Shown here: piece after piece, positions 55,384-64,000 of the stretch
Position numbering within the stretch: position 1 is the stretch's first letter
Layout: each line of letters starts with the position of its first letter
Assembly (NCBI GenBank): GCA_951406725.2
Contig: OX597821.1
Location: 76,756,001-76,820,000, forward strand
Source of the DNA: Octopus vulgaris
Taxonomy: Eukaryota
Direction: 5' to 3'
Length of the DNA: 64,000 nucleotides
Notes under the pieces: model-generated
What the model saw: only the letters and a program-made list of their open reading frames with translations
Databases searched by the model: none
What the model was told of the DNA's origin: nothing
Translations under genes and position numbers: made by a program

Positions 55384-55999
55384 CTATATGCTCCTTTAAA
55401 AATAATACTTACAATAGAGTACGATGAGCTCTGTGGCTCACCGTATAGTGTTAAACCAGCCAAAGCATGTCAACATAGCAAACTGACGTTAAATGATGAT
55501 GATGATGAGGAGGAGGACAATGACGACGATAATAATGATGATTTAAATTCAATGAAATATAATCATAATCTTGACAAAATTGACTTTGTTATTTACCCAA
55601 AGAAATCTATAAAAATGAGAGCGTTAATTACGTAAAGAAAATAAAAATATACATCAATCTTTATGTTTCCCAAATATAATGTCACACATTTACCTCCAAG
55701 ACATTCTGTTGGATTCAAAGACGGCCTGAAGATAGAAACCTCTGTATGAAGCAATCTCTTTAGTAAGCTCGTAATAAGCTTAGATACATCCCCCAAAATA
55801 CACTGGCAGAATCTCTGCTCGGTCGCTCCAAATATCCTCTAAATCATACATTGTTGTTTAAAATTTAAAAAAGTACTTTGAATAAGTTAGTCCTAGATAA
55901 TCTTGGAAACGAGAAGGTGGGTCACAGTTACGAAGTCTCTGATCAAAGGTCGGCTTAGTCAATGTTGATGCTAGGTTGAACGACAACATTCAAGGGCAA

Positions 56000-56665
56000 A
56001 ATGGCAGACATTTTGAGATCGTAGCTAATTAAACAAATAAAATATTGACTGAGACCAAACGGAGTTTTCACAGTTTCCATATTTGGGGAAGTTATTGCCG
56101 AAGCTGTATATTTCTGGACCGTTCATGTTACAATTTTTTTGTTTCTCAAAATATGATTCATCATAAGAAGCACATCCGCCATTCAAAATAAACCTCACAC
56201 ATGGTTCCAGCAAGACGGGACAACTTCTCATACCGCAAGAGAAACAATGCAGTTGTTACTGCCGTACTTTGGAGAGAGAATAATCTCCTACTACGGTAAT
56301 CTCAATTGGGCATCACGTTCTCTAGACTTGTCTAGCCCCGATTTTTTCTGGTGGGGATACCTGAAAGAGAGGGTTTACATTATTAACCCTGGTGCGAGTG
56401 AAGGAGGACATCAATAGAGAAATCAGAGAATTGGGTCTGAAACTCTTGAGGGTGTTATGGTGCAAGTTTTGGAAAGAGCAAGGGCATGCGAAGCCAAAAA
56501 TGGCTGTCATTTAAGCGATATAATTTTTCATGTGATATAGTGGTGTTGCAAAATTTGACTTCTGCATATTAATTTCCATTATATTGTATCAAAATTTCAT
56601 GCATTTATTTGTAAAGTTAAGGAAGTTATTCAAAATTGAAACCCATTAGTGACTTTTGGGACTTT
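56000..56665 (+). mobile_element. DD41D (rosa/Visitor-type) Tc1/mariner remnant
   Basis: From 56202: WFQQDGTTSHTARETMQLLLPYFGERIISYYGNLNWASRSLDLSSPDFFWWGYLKERVY, with 41 residues between the two Asp. Later, ERARACEAKNGCHLSDIIF. Confidence 0.8.
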
Positions 56666-56689
56666 AGTGACTTATGCAAATGTGTCGTG

Positions 56690-57056
56690 TGTCTAAAAGG
56701 TTGCTTTTTCAGAAAAAAAGAGAAATAGTTTCACCATTTCCTTTCATTTTTACATTAGCAACAGTTTCAGCTTAACAATAATACGTTGTTGGGGGCATCA
56801 ACTCGTAACTCCATGCATGTATGATATTTTCAGTGAGAAATATTTTTTGCAAAACTGTCGTATGTGGAGCTTTCTATATTTTTGTAAAATGCTAAACCAT
56901 TATACTTCACTTTGACAGTTTTTGATATCTTGACATTTGAAGCAGCTGGAGATACGATAGTTTGACCAAAAGAACCGTCAATTGCAAGCAAAATTGGATA
57001 TTGAAAACAATGCATTTGGCCAAATGTGGACATACGACAGTTTAATATAATAGCAA

Positions 57057-57060
<4 letters not shown>
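56690..57060. repeat. Unclassified dispersed repeat (second copy at ~61140-61380)
   Basis: Both copies share cactttgaca.tttttgatatctt...gcagctggagatacgatagttt.accaaa...ggacatacgacagtttaa and end at (TA)n. Confidence 0.7.
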
Positions 57061-57099
<39 letters not shown>

Positions 57100-57639
57100 A
57101 GTATGTATGTATGTATGTATATATGTATGTACATACGTATATAATCTTTTGACTTTATTCTTTTTCAGTCTCTAGACTGCGGCCATGCTGGGGCGCCGCC
57201 TTGAAGAAATTTTAGTCACATGTATCGATTTCAGTTCTTTATTTTAAACCTTGCACTTATTCTATCGATTCCTTTGTCGAGTCGCTAAGTTACAGCGACG
57301 TAAACACACCATGAGGTAGGCTCATCTGGAACCCATGACAGGGGGGGGGGATCCAAATTTGTTTTGAAGGCACCCACCTCCACACTATGCTGGTCTCTCT
57401 GGCATTTTTGGAAACAATATTGAAGAGTTGTGGGCCAACTACCAGCCTCCGTCTGGACAGAATTATTCGACCTTAGTTACTCAAAAAAAAAATATGCCCA
57501 CGCCATCAAACGTAGTCTACACGAGGAAGCTACTGGAGAAGATCATCGACCTTATAAGGCGCATCACATGATGGAAGTAGGGGAGCAGACTGTTTATCAC
57601 ACAGCCACTCCTGCGCCTTACATAATTATAATTTTATAT

Positions 57640-58400
<761 letters not shown>

Positions 58401-58914
58401 ATATCCTTGATTATGTATGTGTGTTGTATTTAAGAACATGGTGCTAAGTTCCAAAGACCAGTTTGATGGATATCAATTTTTTTTTTAAACCCTGTCCAAA
58501 CTCTTTTAATTCCCCACTAAACCGCCGCCACCACCTATAAAAAATAATAACGATTAAAAAAAAAGAAAAGAAAATAACTTTGAGACTGTTTTTTCCCCGC
58601 GAGGAATAAATGCGATCACGAAAGAATTAAACTGTATTTATTTTATTCAATGTTTAATGAAAAGTCTAATTGTCACGAGTTTATGTAACTCTCGATCAAT
58701 CGTGGCGGAGGAAAATGACGATTAAACGTTTTCTTGTTATCATCATTCTGTCTTTTTATTTTTTTGAGGTCCTGGGGGGTTTTTTACTCCTAGGATTCAA
58801 TTATGTTATGCAGTGGTCCTTATGACCCCTGGCGTGGTGGTAGTGGTGGTGGTGGTGGTGGTTGGGGAGTCTATATAAGATTTTAATTTTATTTTCATTT
58901 TTAATTATGTGTAA

Positions 58915-59101
58915 TGTTCTTTTACTTGTTTCAGTCATTTGACTGCGGCCATACTGGAGCTCCGCCTTTTAGTTGAACAAATCGAACCCAGGATTTATTC
59001 TTTGTGAAGCCTAGTACTTATCTTATCGGTCTCTTTAGACCGACCCGCTAGGTGACGAGGACGTAAACACACCAACATTGGCTGTCAAACAATGGCGAGG
59101 T

Positions 59102-59150
<49 letters not shown>

Positions 59151-59252
59151 GAAGGGCTTCTTTCAGTTTCCGTCTACCAATTCCACTCACAAGGAACCCG
59201 GAACCATGTGGTTGGGAAGCAAGTTACTAACCACACAGCCACGTCTACGCCT
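58915..59252 (-). mobile_element. Family A SINE with internal deletion
   Basis: Reverse complement of the consensus. Confidence 0.8.
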
Positions 59253-59976
59253 GTATGTTCTTTACACTTCTTTAATGCCTCAAATATCTTCATTTCATTT
59301 TTATGCATTTCCTAATAATATTCAATTCTAAAAACATAATGGAATTTTTTTAAACATTGAATGGACATGAGAGTCCACTTGAGTAAAATTGGAAATCAAA
59401 GGTGGGGTGGGGTCCATATGTAAAAAAAAAGAGAAAAAAAACGGTTCAGAATCACAGGTCTGATGTGTTCCTGCTTTTTTAAACAATAGGGTGTAATATG
59501 AGGAATAGTAAAGTGTAATTTGTTATTCCAACTGGGCCAAGCAAAAATATAGAAGAGGATATGTAAGAAGCTCCAGTTTGGGCGACGAGATCGAAGAGAT
59601 AACAATTCTAATAATAAATTTGCTTGTGGCTGTGTAGTAAGAAGCTTGGTTCCAGGTTCAGTCCCACTACGTGACACCATGGACGAGTGTCTTCTACTAT
59701 AGCCTCGGGCCGACCAAAGCCTTGTGAATAGATTTGGTAGACAGGAACCGAAAGAAGCATTTGTGGGCACAGGACGTCATGAAACGTGTACAACAAAAAA
59801 AATACGAAGCACGAGTACATGGAACATGAGCTATTCTTCCGAACAACGAAAGACACAAATGGAAAACAAAACAAACAACATTAAGATTTTTTTTTGTTTC
59901 GTATTTCGAGCATTTAACAATATACGCTTTCGATAAAACAGTTGCTCCATATATGTATATGTATATATATGTATAT

Positions 59977-60107
<131 letters not shown>

Positions 60108-60119
60108 TAGATATATATA

Positions 60120-60219
<100 letters not shown>

Positions 60220-60528
60220 ATATATATATTTATATGTATATATATACATATATATATTTATATATGTTTGTGGGTCTGTGTTTGTCTCCCCACCAACGCG
60301 TGACAACCGATGGTTGGCGTGTTTACATCCCAGTAAATTAGCGGTGCTCCAGTATGGCCGCAGTCAAAATGACTGAAACAAGTAAAAGAAAGTGTTTTCT
60401 GCGAAACATTATGCTTTCCTTTTGATTAAGGCCCAGCGACAGGAGAGAGAGCCCCTACTTGCTCGATCGATCTACAAAGGAGTGATGATTTGAAGAAAAC
60501 TGGGAAACTTTGACGTTACTCTTTAGCT

Positions 60529-60758
60529 CTGCAGTTCTCAACCATTTCTTACCAGTGCACCCGCTTCATTCTTATTTTACTCGGGTGGACCGCCATACTC
60601 TCCGATGTTTAAAAGAATTTCTATTATATTTTTAGAATTAAATATAACCAGGGAATTGTGTATTACGGAAGCATAACCAACCCATTGCTCATAGGTTTCC
60701 ATAACCAAATCTTATATGAACGCCCAAGGGTCATTTGGACCCAGGTTGAGAACTACTG
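60529..60758. mobile_element. hAT-type MITE (same family as 13461-13700)
   Basis: TIRs ctgcagttctcaacc / ggttgagaactactg. Flanks ctttagct / ctccagct match at 6 of 8 positions. Confidence 0.7.
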
Positions 60759-60988
60759 CTCCAGCTGGTCGGCGTGACAGCATAGAATGTACCCTTTGTT
60801 GGTTCATGTATAATGGTAATTCTCAGGTTACCGTGTACCCTATTGATGGGGCTCTGACTTAATAAAAAGGAGAGAACTTGCGAAGTGTACTTTGACAGAA
60901 GGAATATTAATTAAAACACATATCTAAACGCCTATCAACATTACCGGATACAAATACAAATCATTAATAAATAAACATATGTGTATGT

Positions 60989-61064
<76 letters not shown>

Positions 61065-61078
61065 TTTTATAATAGAAA

Positions 61079-61128
<50 letters not shown>

Positions 61129-61376
61129 TTTCTATTATGCAAAAGTATCGTAAGTCCAAAAGGTTGCTTTTGCAGAAAATGTAAAAATAGTTTCACCATT
61201 CCATACCAAAACTGTTGTATTACACTTTGACAATTTTTGATATCTTTGCATCTAAAGCAGCTGGAGATACGATAGTTTAACCAAAAGAACCGGCTATTAC
61301 AAGTAAAAAAAAATACTGAAAAAAAACCCCCGCATTTGGCCAAACTTGGACATACGACAGTTTAACATAATAACCA

Positions 61377-61431
<55 letters not shown>

Positions 61432-62854
61432 TAATAAATCTCTGAGCGATATATATATATATATATATAACTAGGAAGATCTTTATAATGTCCATATACG
61501 GACGAACGGATACACGGATAGATGGACGTACAGGTAGATATACAGATGGATGGATGGATAAATGGATGGGTGGAGGGAGGGAGGAAGGGGGGAAGGAGGA
61601 AGGGATGACGGATAAAATAAACGGATGGATTAAAGAATGGCTAATTATATAGTCTGATGAAAATGTTTCAAGAGACACTAAGCAGGCGACGACTGAACGT
61701 ACAGTAAAACGAATGGAAAGACTGTTGCTGTTGTTGTTCAGCTGCATGTCAGTTCTAATCAATCATTGGGATTCTGACCATGACCATCCAGTCTAATTAG
61801 TGTACCTTGCACTAATGCTGAGCAAGACTCCACAGTGTACATAACATAATAACATCATCTCAAAATAAAGGATAAACTGGACGATGTGAATACTACCGAA
61901 GTGCTTTATAAATATTTACTGTGGTCTTATTGTTTTGGTTAATGTTTGAACCCAGGTCAGCTGTGACACAGAGGACACCTACCTCTTATCTTTTACTTGT
62001 TTCAGTCATTAGACTGCGGCCATGCTGGGGCTCCGCCTCGAAAACTTTAAGTAGAACGAATCGACCCGAGTACTTATTTTATGTTTTTCTTTTTAAACCT
62101 GGTACATATTTATCGGTCTTTCATTGCCAACTGCTAAGTTACGGGGCTATAAACACACAAACACTGGTTGTCAAGCGGTGTTGGGGACAAACACACACAC
62201 ACACACTCATACACACACATGATCAAAGGGTTTTCATTTTAAAGCATCGTGTATACCCGTCTACATTATTTTATCGTCCCTTTGAGGAAAGCTTGGTTGC
62301 GATCTATACAGTTCGAGTGGCCATATTGAGCTTCCCTCTTTATTCGATTTCATAACATATTTATAGAAATGCTATCATTAATTGTCAAGAGGTGCTGTCA
62401 CTTATCTGCGAGAAACGAGCTACAAAATCCCAAGTAGTAACCAATTCCTTACAAACTATTCCGATACCGCATCAAAGTCGATCACTCACGTTCTGGATAT
62501 TTAGAATTTTTAGTCTATCGATTATATTATTTCTATCAAGCAGAGACCCGGCAGAATCGTTAGCACGTTGGCCAAGCTGTATTTCTTCCATTTGTTCCGG
62601 CCCTTTACATACCGAGTTCAAATCCCGTCGACGTCGACTTTGCCTTTCATCCTTTCGAGGTTGGTAAAATATAGTATTAGTTAAGAAACCCCGCCCCTTA
62701 AAATTGCAGACCTTGTGTCAAAATTTGAAAGAATTGCACGATTAATCCTGCATCTACCACATTTAGAGTTTATTTGGTATAGAAAGAAAACATTTAGATC
62801 AGTGGTTCGCAATCTTTTTAATATCCGGGTCAGATCCCGAACTTGGATATTTGA

Positions 62855-63080
62855 TGGTACATTATTTACATTTGATGTATATTTGTTCTCATCTTGTTTG
62901 TTGTTAACACAACGTTTTGGCTGATATACTCTCCATCAGGTGTCTCGGGGAAATTTCGAACCTGGGTTCTCATTCCTAAGTTATTTTTCGATGTTGTTAT
63001 TATTATTATAATTATTCAAGAATCGAACTCGGAATCTTGGGGTTAGTAGCCTGCGCTCTTAATCACTACGCCATATGCCC
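62855..63080 (-). mobile_element. SINE-like unit: tRNA-derived Pol III head plus degenerate hammerhead (62907-62943)
   Basis: A-box TGGCGTAGTGA (63063-63073), B-box GAGTTCGATTC (63020-63030), an (AAT)n linker, then ACAC-CUGAUG..CAGCC-AAAA-CG-UU-GUGU. Confidence 0.55.
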
Positions 63081-63599
63081 ATAGGCAATTATAGAGCGAA
63101 TTTTAGGGCTTATAAATTTGATGGTTTTAGATTTTAATGGAGAAGACAATTGTGTTGATCCAAGCCTTTGATAAACATTTTAAAATAATTAATAATTAAG
63201 AATATAGACTAAACTAAATAAAAATTCTTTGTTGATAAAATGAAAAAGATTTTCTGCCAAAATTAAAATTTTAAACCAGGAATTTGTTTTAGCAAAACCC
63301 TTTTAATGATTTAGAAGCAAATCCCAACATTTACTACCTCATCTTGAATGTAGTTACCCCCAACTTGTTAATTAGCTAGCGATGCTCATTGAGTTGGTCT
63401 ACACAACTAATCAACAAACTCTCGTCAGAAAAAGAGAAAACAACAAAAAATTAAAAAATTAAAAAAGGAAAGAAAATAAAAGATAGATTAAAGTGGTGGG
63501 GGAACTCGCCAGCTACATCACTGCATAGGAATTCTGACACTGCTTATCACAGCCTCTCTATCCTCTAAAATAACTCCCGTTTATTTATTTATTTATCTA

Positions 63600-63671
<72 letters not shown>

Positions 63672-63859
63672 ATTGAACCCACTTCAATATGAGATGTTGT
63701 TTGAGTCGTTTCCTATAGCCGGGATATCTCTGCATGTTGACATACAAAGTCCTACGTAAACAAAAGCGGTTTCTCCTATATTTTACTTGGAGCTAAACAG
63801 ACACACTGAAGGCTCTTTAGTTTATTATTATTTCATATAACTTTTGCTAAGCTATTATT

Positions 63860-64000
63860 ATTAACGTTTAAAGAACCATAGGCGCTGGCGCGGCTACACG
63901 GTTTGTTTTCCAACTGCACGGTTCCGGGTTTTGTCTCACTGTGTGCCACTGTCGACAAATGTCTTCTAATACAGCCCCAGGTCGACTTATGCTACGTGAG
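63860..64000 (+). mobile_element. Diverged family A SINE head, cut by the window end
   Basis: ggcgctggcgcggct...ggttccgggtt...caaatgtcttct. Confidence 0.55.

Noticed and set aside
61652-61685. CTGATGA followed by a short hairpin
   Set aside because: No GAAA or UH segment.

Overview
AT-rich, repeat-dense animal genomic DNA. The SINE families and the density of TA/TG/TACA/TAGA/TAA microsatellites suggest an octopod cephalopod (Octopus-like); this is an inference. The only host gene I can support is the 3' part of a vestigial/VGLL transcription cofactor on the minus strand. It consists of a 552-nt phase-1/phase-1 exon (30599-31150, starting with the conserved MSQRNFPPSFWN motif) and a 50-nt terminal coding exon 10.5 kb downstream (20040-20089, ending ...GKDMYWY*) that the ORF track misses. 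I did not find the TONDU-domain exon by eye, so it probably lies beyond 64 kb. The rest is mobile DNA: Tc1/mariner elements (DD34D mariner, DD37D maT, DD41D rosa-type, a Tc1 remnant), hAT and other MITEs, a Helentron-type element, R4/Dong, RTE and Tx1-like LINE ends, Penelope remnants and several SINE families. The most notable signal is a set of at least eight minimal type-I hammerhead-ribozyme-like motifs with palindromic stem III, carried by several different short repeats. They include cores with compensatory 3-8 pair variants (C-G, U-A, G-C) and one copy fused behind a tRNA-type Pol III promoter (a SINE/retrozyme-like unit). Repeat boundaries were read by eye and are approximate. Most ORF-track entries are microsatellite artefacts.
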